From Neocallimastix sp. 'constans' (taxonomy: Eukaryota), in contig JBODTK010000015.1 in assembly GCA_050613775.1 (NCBI GenBank), positions 434,001 through 498,000 of the forward strand: DNA of 64,000 nt, written 5' to 3'. Numbering within the stretch: position 1 is the first letter of the stretch; every line of letters starts with the position of its first letter. Below are positions 41,365 to 53,046 of this stretch, one piece after another. The notes under the pieces are model-generated. The model ran no database searches, was not told where the DNA came from, and worked only from the letters and a program-made list of their open reading frames with translations. The translations under genes were made by a program, and so were the position numbers.

Positions 41365-42356
41365 TGTTAAATAAAATACTTATTTAGTTTAGGTTTGTGG
41401 CTATTCTATATACTAACTTTACTACACAAATAACACTATATTCTAAACCTCTATTAATTAATTAATTATTTTTTTTTTTTAATTTCTTTTATTTATTTAT
41501 TTTATTTTATTTATTAATTAATTTTCAACAACCACTTAACTGGGTAACGCAGGGTCCTTTCCGGAGTTCCCACTAGCAGTTAAGGTTTTACAAACTATAA
41601 TATAATTGTTTTATAAGAAAATAACTATTCTAATAATAGTTACGAAACTAATAATGATTTTAGATTTACCTATTACTATACGATTTTCCAACTATCATTC
41701 AATAGTTGAAAAATTAACTCTTTCTATACTTTTTCAAAATAAAGTTTTAAATCAAAATAAATTTTAATAAATTACATAAAAATATTATTTTATATTATCA
41801 ATTACATTATATAATAAATTACATGAAATGTTATGAATTATTTTAATATAAATCCTATTTAAAACTACCTAATTTTTCTAAAATTTTCTATGAAGAAAAT
41901 TTAGAGTTTAATTCATTAATTATATGATTAAATATATTCTATCCATTTATTTAATTTAAATTTTGCCAAGTTGTGAAAACCAATTTACTAAACCACAACT
42001 TGCTATTTTTATTTTTAGAATTTCTATAATTTAAAAGACAAGTAAACAAAACGGCAAGTTTTTGTAAACAAACGGAAAAGGCAATATTTCTTTAATTATT
42101 TTAATTTAACTAATTAATAACTAATTATTTTTTAATTTATGAAGTTTCGTGATTCAAACTGAGTAATTGTTACGTAAATTCTCCAAATAATTATGTCATT
42201 AATTTTTGAGAAAATTATTTAAATTAATAATTTGGAATACATCTAAATTTATATTAAAAATATGGAACACATATTTATCCACAATAATTTACATTACATT
42301 ACATTTAAATACGTATTCAAATTATTAAATATTTTACAATAGATTCTTACAGATGA

Positions 42357-43835
42357 TGAAGAAGTTAGCGAGTATGGTAAGATGGAAAATGACGACTTAA
42401 CCCAAGAAGATGTCACTGTTTCGAACCCTACTAATGACGAAAACAAAATTAACCAAAATTCAATTATCAAATTGAAATATGAAGATAGTGTCACTGGTCC
42501 GAATCCCAAGACTAACGTTGAAATAAATAATAGTAAAATAAATAAAATTATACATAATATTGAAACTAATAGAAATAATGAAAGTTGTTGGACCTATGAT
42601 ACCGGTGCCAGTGAATATATAACAAATAATAAAAATATTTTAGACAATTTTAAGAAAATTAATAACTATGATGTGCCCAAATAAAACTACTTGCAAGTTT
42701 GAAGGATATGGGACATATAAATGATTAATTAATAATAATCTTATAGAACTTAAAAAGGTATACTTTTCAAAAGAAACAAATAAAAATTTAATTAGCGGTA
42801 TAAAACTGGCGGAAGAAAACAAGATCGAAGGAATAATAACTAATGTTAATGGAAAGGCAGGTATCATTTTAAAAACAAAATCCGGAAAAGTAATTGGAAA
42901 ATATCAAAAAAAGCAATACAAATACAGTAAAATTAATAATTAAAAATATTGAAAATAATAAAACTTTATTAAACATTAATAACCTTAATGAAGAAAGCAA
43001 AAAGATTTGGCACAATCGCTTTGGTCATACTAATTTCGATAATATAAAAAACCATTTGAAGTTACCAAATATTTCAAAAGCAAATTGTGAAGACTGTGAA
43101 ATCACCAAGATTAAAAGAAAACCACATAATAAGACGCCCCCAAGAGCTGATGCAATATTAGAGGTCATACACTCAGACCTCATAGGTCCTATTGAAGACA
43201 CCCTTTCAGGAAATAAATATATATTAACCATAATTGATGAATACTCAAGAAAATCATGGATCTTCCCTTTAAAAAATAAATCCGACGTACCAAACAAAGT
43301 TATTAATTTCTTTAAACTAATCAGAAATCATTTTGATAATAAAAATATTAAATATTTTAAAACTGACAAGGGAAAGGAATATAACAACGACAAAATTCAT
43401 AAATATTGTGAAAAGAATGGTATAATTAAGTTATATTCTCCTCCATATAGCCATGAAAACAATGGTTTGATTGAGCGTTTCAATCAAACACTAATAAAGA
43501 TTACAAAATCATTATTACAATGGAGTAAATTAGATCTTGAATTCTGGGATTTTGCTGCAAAACATGCTAATTTCATTTATAATTTTACTCCACACTCTGG
43601 AATTAATTTCTCAATACCATATGAAATTTTCCATAATGAGAAGGTCAATTTAAAATATTTTAAAGTATTCGGTTGTAAGGCATTTTATAAAGTATTAACT
43701 CAAAATAAACCCAAATTTCAATCTAATGCTAATGAAGGAATCCATCTTGGTTATGACAAAAGTTCAAATAGTTATATCATCATGGATAAAATCGACAAAT
43801 CTATTCATTTTGTAATGGAAGTAGTCTTCATGGGA
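42357..43835 (+). pseudogene. Copia protease and integrase
   Basis: WTYDTGAS; WHNRFGH...CEDC; LEVIHSDLIGP; KTDKGKEY; NGLIERFN; KVFGC. Confidence 0.95.
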
Positions 43836-45023
43836 TGTAAAATTAAATTGAGTGTTTAGGTAAGATTCTTGCTATATCTTTCCTAGTTTGGGTTAAATTG
43901 GTCAGGTCAAGATGTTTTTATTAATTATAACAATTTAATTAAATTTAAATAATAAATAACACACACAGAGTTTTATAATTAAGATTTCAATATTTAAGGT
44001 TTATGTTTTATTAGAACTTTATTTAATATATATTTTAATAATAAACTTTAACTAAGATTAATATAAAAAAATTATTTATTGTTATAATTAATTCATTAAC
44101 TTTATGTTGATACATTAAATTAATAATCTTACAAAGAATTCAAAATATGGATTTTCAAATCCTTTTTATACTAAACTAAAATAATATTAACAATATAATT
44201 AATTAATACATTTTAATCTTAAAATATTCATACATGTATATAAACTATATAAAATATAATAATAAAATAATATTGATAAGAATCTTTTAATAAAATAACT
44301 ATATAAATTATTCATAAAACAATTTAATAATAAAACTAATTTAATAATAAAATATAAAAAAAAAATAAAATATTAAAACTAATTAAAAATTCTCTTTCGG
44401 AAATCTTTAGAATGATAAAGAATTCCTTAGAATCTTTTAGAAATAATTGAATAAAAATATATAATAATAAAATATAAAACTTATAAAACTTGTTTAAAAT
44501 AATATAAAACTATTACTAATAACTAATTCTGTATTTTTCAATTAATAATAAAAATTAATAATATAATTTCCAAGTTAAGAGATTTATCTAATATAAATTT
44601 CTTAATTAATAATTTAGGGTCTTAATTAAATAATTAAATTGTATTTTTATATTTAAATATCTTTAAAGTCTAATATCTCGTTATCTAGTTGTCCAATAAG
44701 GTTGATTTTAACATATGTTGTAGTTCTCGACCGTAGCTTTCTAATGAATATATTTTTAGTGGGAATATCAATACAATATTTCCATTATTTGTTGAGTTAT
44801 CGTTGTTTTCCTTCATGTTATTTTTATCAAATTCTTAAGGGTTAAATTAAATTAAATTATCTTTAATAAATAAGTCCAAACCCTTTGGTTTCTAATTCTT
44901 TAATGTTTCTAATATTTATTTTTATAATTAAATCGAATTAAAATAATTTTTTGTCAATAACTAAACTAAATTTCAATTGATCTAATAATGAATTTTAACT
45001 TCAATCCACTAGTATTCGTGACA
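43836..45023. mobile_element. Solo LTR, 1188 bp
   Basis: TGTAAAA...GTGACA; exact TSD TGGGA (43831-43835 / 45024-45028). Confidence 0.92.
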
Positions 45024-45063
45024 TGGGAAATGAACCTGCAGGAACAAACAATTACTTAGACAT

Positions 45064-45977
45064 AGTAAAATAAACTAATAGCTTAGGTCGGTGAGGACAG
45101 ACTATTATTTATTTTACACTATTTTATTATATCAACACTATAATTAATTATTAACTAAAACACTAAAACTAAAAACTAATTTAATTTTTTGTTCTATAAA
45201 AAAATCCTTTATTGATATTTCTTATTTATCAAATTTATCTATGCTATAAATCAACAATCACTTAACTGGGTACCGTAGGGTCCTTTACCGGAAAGCCTAC
45301 TAGCAGTTAAGATTTTTAAAATAAAATTTAAAATAAAATTGTTTTATAAAAAATAACTATTCTAATAATAGTTATAATACTAATTAATAAAATATAAAAT
45401 CTATACTATACTATTTTCCTATACTATTCTATGCTATACTATTTTCCTATACTGTTCTATGCTATACTATTTTATGCTATACTATTTTCCAACTATTGTT
45501 CAATTGTTGAAAATTAACTCTTTTTATACTTTTTGAAAATTAAAATTTAAATTGAATAAATTGTAATAAACTAACTAAAATATTATATATTTGTAATTAC
45601 ATTTAATAATAAATTACATGAAATTTTATGAATTATTTTAATATAAAAACTATTTAAAACTATCTAATATTTCTAAAATAAATAAACAAAACGGCAAGTT
45701 TTTGTAAACAAACGGAAAAGGCAATTTTTCTTTGATTATTTTAATTTAACTAATTTATGACTAATTATTTTTAATTTACAAAGTTTCATGATTCAAAGTG
45801 AGTAATAATGATGTAAATTCTCCAAATAATTTAGTCATACATTTTTGAGAAAATTATTTAAATTAATAATTTGGAATACATTTAAATTTATATTAAAAAT
45901 TTGGAAAACATTTTTATCCACAATAATTTACATTACATTACATTTAAATACGTATTCAAATTATTAAATATTTTACA
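45064..45977 (-). mobile_element. Solo LTR (family A), 914 bp
   Basis: Nearly identical to 38476-39320; TSD GACAT (45059-45063 / 45978-45982); first base is A instead of T. Confidence 0.93.
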
Positions 45978-45982
45978 GACAT

Positions 45983-48239
45983 GACGAATTTTATAAATGA
46001 CAGAACAGATTATTTGGTGCAACCGGAAAGTCTTGAGAACGAAACGAAAAGTCCTGAGTTTGATACCGCAACATATCCTATAATAATTAATTCTAATGAT
46101 AATAATAATTTAGACTATGAACCAAAAGGTGACGAGTTCAATACCGTCATTGTACCTAATGATGAAAATTTCAATAATAATAATAAATTTAAAAATAATG
46201 ATTCAAATATTGAAAATTCGAATAATAGTCAAATAAATAGTGAAAATAATGAAATTTTGAATAATAGTCATGAATACGATGGATTTAATATGAATAAAAA
46301 TAATTTAGAAATAATAGATTACAACCAAAATAATTCAAATGAAAATAATTATAATATGAATATTTCAAAAACTAATAACGATAAAATAATAATCTCGATA
46401 ATAATAGTAACAAAATCAATAGAATTAAAAATATATTAGAAAAAAGGAAAAACAAATTTAATATAATTGATCCTAAATATAAAATTAATTTAGACAAAGC
46501 AGATTTTAATAATAAAAAACTAAATATAAAAAATAAAAAGGTTATTAATACAAGAACACCTAATAAAAATATCACAAATATGAATGCATATTTCAACTCT
46601 TTAGATGATGATATCGACGTATTTGAAGTTGATTCTAATCCATTTTCTGGTATCAACAATATCTCAAATAATGACAATAATCTTTCAAACAATAAATCAA
46701 TTTCAATTATTACTAATGATACACCTCTCACTTATGAACAAGCTATTTATGGTCCTCGTAACCAACAATGGAAACTCGCCATTAAAGATGAAATCGATAA
46801 TTTATATAACAACAATATTATGACATTTATTCCTACTCTTCCAAAAAATAAAAGCGCTATTCCTACAAAATGGGTTTTTACAGTTAAAAAGGACAAATTC
46901 AATAATATCAGTAAATTCAAAGCTAGACTCGTTGTTAAAGGCTTCAGACAGAAAAAGGGCATTGATTACAATTTAACATATTCTCCTACACTTAATATGG
47001 ATGCCCTCAAATTAATTATCGCTATTGCTGCAAAAATTTAATTGGGTTTGCAAGCAATTAGATATCAAAGCAGCGTACCTTTATGCACGTCTTGATGAGG
47101 AAATTTACGTAACTATTCCACAAGGTGACCGCTACTTTGAGAGGGGATATTGGCGTCTTAATAAGGCATTATATGGATTGAAACAATCCTGACGTCAATG
47201 GAACAGAACTATATCAAACTTTTTGACTAAAAATGGATATAAGCAATTGAAATCAGAACAATGTATATTCATAAAAGAAAATAAAAATAAATTAACATGT
47301 ATAATAGGAATATATGTAGACGATATGATCATTACCGGGATTGAAAATGAAACAAATAAAATAATAAAGAGGATTAAAGAAAATTTTAAAATATCCAACT
47401 CTGGAGATTTAAATTACATTTTAGGAATCGAAATAAAAAATAAAAATAACATATATTATATTTCACAAAAGAACTACATAAACAATATATTAGAAAGATT
47501 CAACATAAATAATATTAAGAAGTCCAAAACACCATGCACCGGTGATAATATTAAGACAGAAAATAAAAAAGAATTTAACAAAACAATTTATGAGTGACAT
47601 TGGTGCATTAATATTCCGATCTAAATGCAGAAGACCTGACATTACATTTGCTGTACATAAAGCAGCAAGAAATTGTGAAGAACCAACAATAATCGATTGG
47701 AAAAAAGTAATGAACATATTAAATATTTAAATGGGACAAAAGAATATAAATTAAAATATGATGGAAAAGGTGAAATTATAGCTTACTCAGATGCAGACTT
47801 TGCTGGAGATATAAAGGATCGAAAATCAACATCAGGTTATATAATTTTAATGGGAAATTCTCCAATAAGCTGGTCATCTAAAAAGCAAACTATAGTTGCA
47901 ACATCAACTGCGGAAGCTGAATACATCAGCACTTCAGAATGCATAAAAAAGATTTTATGGTATAAAAATATATTAAACGAAATATTTAAATTTAGCAAGC
48001 CAATAAAATTATACACTGATAACCTTTCTAGTAAAACAAGCATGGAAAACGGAGATTTAAACACAAAATTAAAACATATAGAAATAAAATATTATTTTAA
48101 TAAAGACCTCATTGAAAAGAACATTATAAAATTAGAATATATAAATACAAATGAAATGTTATCTGATATATTAACCAAAAATGTTAACGGTACTAAAATG
48201 ACTAAATTTGCAAATAAAATTTTTTTTAAAATAATTTAA
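45983..48239 (+). pseudogene. Copia Asn-rich spacer, RT and RNase H (frameshifted)
   Basis: KWVFTVK..KARLVVKGFRQ; QLDIKAAYL; IYVDDMII; YSDADFAGD..RKSTSG; KHIEIKY; SDILTK. Confidence 0.95.
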
Positions 48240-49282
48240 TTTGAGAATGCATGTTAAAATATGAAAATAATTTAATTAGTAATTTTAGTTTTATTATTAA
48301 TAATTATAGAATTTTAGAATAATTCATCATTACTCACATGATCAAAATATTAGTAATACATTAGTAATAGAAAAATGTTTTATTTAATTACGCCACATTT
48401 CAAATGTATATAAAAAGCATGACTTTATTTTATGTTAAAACATTGTAATTACCTTTTTATTAAATTTAATTAATAAATAAACTTTTAAATAAAATCAAAT
48501 TTTATTAATTTCTATTATTAAATTAATTATTTATTATAAATAAATTAATATTAATTATCAAGCCTTTCATGTTTCAAAATATTTAAAATATTTTATTTTT
48601 TAATAATTAATACAGTTTCATTTATTTCAAAATCTTATTATAATTTATTTATTTTTTATTTATTTATTTATTTATAATTGTATTAAAAAATATTAAAAAA
48701 TTTATGGCATTAAATATGTTAAAAAAACGCCACATTAAAAATGTAATTTTCCGAAATACAACACATTCAAAATGTAACATTCCCTTTTTTTATAAATTTA
48801 CAACTACACTATTATAAAATTTGTTAAGCCATCACTATATTAACTATTTGTAAATATATGTTAAGTTCTATTATTCTATATATTTAAAAAAATTTAAATT
48901 AATAATATATATTATTATATAAGAAATATATAACAAAATAATAATAAAATATATTTTTTTATATTTATATATAAAAATTTATATATAAAAATAATTGTTT
49001 AAATTTTGAACTTCATTTATATTGGTCTTGAATTCTTTTGATGTATAATCCATATGATTTTCAATATTATTATTTGTTTTATTATTATTATTATTATTAT
49101 TGATAACTACTTAATAATTATACTCTATATTTATTTATATTATTTTATATATTTATTTATTATGTAAATTTGTAAAGGATATAACTCGATGAACTGTACA
49201 AGCCTCATTACCATAACAAATTAATTATTATTTAGTATGATCATACAATATATATTATTTAATATTATTAAATAATAATAAT

Positions 49283-49863
49283 TGATAAAGAATTATTATA
49301 AAATTAAGTTTTATGAAAATGTAAATAAACAAAATGTTTACCAAATGTATGAAATTAACGTAGTTTGATAATTATTTTATATTAAATAATTTATATTATT
49401 TTTATATATTGCTATTTATAAATTATTATTATATTATTCTCATATAATATTAATATAATAATATAATATAATATATTAATTATTATAAACTTAAATTATT
49501 ATGAAAATTATAGTATAAAATTTATTAAGAAATAATTTAGAAAAGTAGACTTTATTAAAAGAAAAGAAAAGTAGTAAAAGTCCAGTTGTATGTTATTTTA
49601 AAATTAAATAAAATAACTATATACAAAAATATATTTTCCTTAGTTATATCAGAGTGAACATAACATAAAGATAAAAATTTAAATTTATTTAATTATTTAT
49701 TTAAAATAGTTTTAAGTTAATCAAAAGTTTATTTTTATACAACAAAATAAACAAATAATTTTTTAGTTAATAAAGTTGTTAAAAACTTCTTATATAATGT
49801 TAAGAACGCAAAGAAAACTTTCAGTATAAACATTTTATATTTATTATTATAATTTGTTTATCA
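49283..49863. mobile_element. Solo LTR (family Z), inverted relative to 13402-14037
   Basis: TGATAAAG...TTTATCA; TSD ATAAT. Confidence 0.85.
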
Positions 49864-50260
49864 ATAATAATAATAAGATTGTTGAATATAATTTATACTT
49901 TTTAAACTATAATTAATTGTTTATTTTTTTATTTATTATTGCCTAACTTTTTAAACTATTGCTTATTTTTTTATGTATTATTATATAACTTTTTAATTGT
50001 TTTTTTTTCTTTATGTATAAAAGAATAATGAATTAACTGTTTCAAACAATCTTCGTAAGATTATTAATATTTTAATAATCTTATTACTTCATTCATTGAA
50101 AAATATTATTAAATAAAACTAAGTAAAATAATAATACAAAAATATAAAGAAAATTCTAAAAAGAATACTAACAGTATAAAAATTAGTTATTATAAGGAAG
50201 TTATTAGTTTATAGCATTCCAACCAAGTTATATTAAAAACCAAATATATTCTTAACAAAT

Positions 50261-50665
50261 TGTTAAAGTTTTAATACAATTTGGTCTTAACGATAAGGTC
50301 AAGATGCCAAATTATAGTAATTAATTAATAATTTAATTTTACTCTTATTTAAAACATATTGTTATTAGTAAATTTTATAAATAAGTTTTTTATTTAAATA
50401 TAAATTTTATTTAATCTTAATAATATTTTATTACATGATTATTTTATATAATTATTACTATATTTAAATTGCAATAATCCTACAAAGGATTAATCAAAAG
50501 ATTTAAACATGTATTTATATAAAATAATTAATTATTAAAATATTAATTATTAATATAAATATGTATTAGTATTAATAAGTTTGATATTGATAATATAAAA
50601 TAAGATGATAATATAATTATTTAATATAAATAATATATAAGAATCTAATAAAGCAAAGTATTATA
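50261..50665. repeat. LTR-like repeat (family X), cut by the element starting at 50666
   Basis: Inverted homolog at ~58962-59433 (GGTCAAGATGCCAAATTATAGTAATT...); the missing tail appears to resume at ~58155-58201. Confidence 0.7.
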
Positions 50666-53046
50666 TGATAAAGTACGAAGTTCAGGTTCGGTTCTTTTAA
50701 GGTTTATTCTTTAAATGGGGTGGATATAATTTATATGTTTTATAAAAATAATTTTATTTAAATGGTATTTATTTAGAAGAATTACGTTTACTTATTATAC
50801 ATTTACTTATCATTATTTAAAATGTAAACTATCATTTATTTCTATAATTAATATTTATTTTCATATTTTGATCTCAAAAATTACTATAATCTATTATTTA
50901 TTATTCTTGGACAGAGAAATAAAACTGTTTCAAGTATTTTTCTCTTTTATAACTATTTACTATAATAAAATTTTCCTATATTAAAATATAAATATTAATT
51001 TACTTTCATTAATGTATAAATTAAATAATAAATATATATAAATTAATTTCTAATATAAATACAATAAAACTAGATTAATACATAAATTTATGCTTTTACT
51101 ACATTTCTTAATTAACATAAATTTATTATTAATTAGAGTTTTTATTTCTATTTCATATCATATCTCCCTCCTTTAGTTACAACTACATCGTAGTTGTAAA
51201 GAAGAATTTATAATATTTTTATTATAAAAATTTGAATTCTTCTTTTAATAATAAGAACTAAATAAAATAAAATTTTTTTTTTTTATAATAATAAATATTT
51301 TTTTTTATAATAATAATATTTTTTTTTGATAATAATTTTTCTTTAATAAAAATTTTAATTGATATCTTGAGAAACATTCATTTATAAAAAAGGAAATATT
51401 TACATAAGCCTTATATAATGAATGTATTCTGAAAATTTATTTTTTAAAATTTTATTTAATTTATTTGATACTTTGTATATTAAAAATTTTGTTAACTTAA
51501 TAATTCTTTCAATTTTTTGATTATTATTGTCTTTTAAATTTTTAATTTGAATCACCGATTTGACTTGATTGTCACATGAATTAAGTTTTTCATACTCCGC
51601 TATGACATACTCCCATTTATTAATTTCTTTATTTTTATTATCTTGATTATTTTTATAACTATCATTTATTTTGCGTTTTCTAATATTTCTGGGCTTCTTA
51701 TTAATCTTTAACTTTTTCTATGTAATATTAGTTCTAATCTTCTTATAGGGTCTACTTATTTCTTCTTCATCAATTTTTCTTTTAGTGGAATTATTTTCTT
51801 TTAATTCATTTATTTCTGAATTGTTTCTATTCTTTTTATTATCCTTGTTAATTTCTTTGCTACATATTTTTGAATATGTCAGTTTATTTTCTTCATTAAA
51901 GGGCCTAGAAGGATCGAATTTGGTTCCTTTATATAGATTTTGGTATTGATAACCATGTTGGTAAAAGACGTTACAAATACTTTTATACTTTCCAACGTTT
52001 TCCTAAATGACATTCCTGAATTTTCCCAATCCATCATTTTCGTTATTTCTCTTAATATTTCCAAGGAATTAAGGTAGTCCTTAATAGTGATCTGCTCTAC
52101 ATATTCCTTAGGTAGACAATCATACATTTTTCGGTATACAAAAGTAAAATCGGTAATATTAACATTGTCGTCAATTCTTAATTTTTTCAAAATATTAAAT
52201 ATAACATCAGGAGATCCAAAAATATCTTCTTGTTCATCCATTTTACTATTATTACTATGAATTAATTTATATTGTGAATTATTATAATTAAATTTCTACT
52301 TAATCAAGTAGAAAGTAAGGACAAAAATCTACTAAAACTAGTAGGTAACTTATGAAAATTAATATATTTAATTAAAATTTTATAATATAAATTTGGTAAA
52401 TTTTATAGTATCTTACCCCCCTTAAAAAAAACCGATATCTCCACCAAATGATAAAGTACGACTCAAAAGTTAGATGTACTTTTGTTGAGATTTATTTATT
52501 AAATTTATTAGTTTATTATTTATTTAATTTTATTTAAAAACTACATATATTTAAAAAGCTATTTAACAACTTTCTTATTCTTTTAATTTACAAACTAACT
52601 TAACATTACTAAACACGACATAAAATAACTTAACTTGACTTAACCCTTCTCTTAATTCAGAGAAATGCTGTATTTTTATGTTATTTAGTTATAATTAACT
52701 ATTTAATTAATTGTTCTTGTGATTAGAATAAACTATTAATAATTATTATTTAAGGAAATATTTAATAACTATATAAATATAAATATAAAATAATAAGAAT
52801 ATAATTAAAACATTGATTTATGCTATAAAAATTTATTATTAATTATAAATATAATTAATATATAGAAATCAAGCCACATATTGAAATTGTTGTAAAATCA
52901 TTAGATTTAAATTTGATTTATGACATTAATTTATGTTTGAATAATAAAAACTATTTTATATTAATTAAGGTTTGAATATTTCATTTTATATTATATATTT
53001 ATCATTAAAATATGTAAAAATTTTGATAATAAATTAATATAGAAAT

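Larger units (their letters stand above)
38476..42338 (-). mobile_element. Ty3/gypsy element lacking most of pol, with mismatched LTRs
   Basis: TSD ATAGA (38471-38475 / 42339-42343); LTRs 38476-~39320 (truncated) and 41365-42338; gag PKPKVFSGKR..AAEW; protease AILDT and IILGNPWL; pre-RT LPPH..YDCKI. Confidence 0.93.
37626..42351. mobile_element. Solo LTR (~860 bp of own sequence) inserted in copia gag, itself interrupted near its right end
   Basis: TGTAATAA...TTCTTACA; exact TSD GATGA (37621-37625 / 42352-42356). Confidence 0.92.
36363..48507 (+). mobile_element. Full-length Ty1/copia element carrying four nested insertions
   Basis: LTRs 36363-36619 and 48252-48507 (2 differences seen); TSD ATTTT/ATTTC; gag with CFICNSIKHIKKDC; protease WTYDTGAS; integrase; RT IYVDD; RNase H YSDADFAGD. 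Confidence 0.97.
35386..48784. mobile_element. Putative old MULE-type non-autonomous element hosting the copia nest
   Basis: Left TTACATTTACGAATTTGTTGCATTTC..AATGTGGCTTTTT versus right reverse complement GGGAATGTTACATTTTGAATGTGTTGTATTTC..AATGTGGCGTTTTT; candidate TSD ATATTTTAT/TTTTTTTAT (7 of 9). Confidence 0.55.

Noticed and set aside
38476..45977. Near-identical family-A LTRs as the ends of one element
   Set aside because: They have separate TSDs (ATAGA versus GACAT) and the copia frame is restored around each independently
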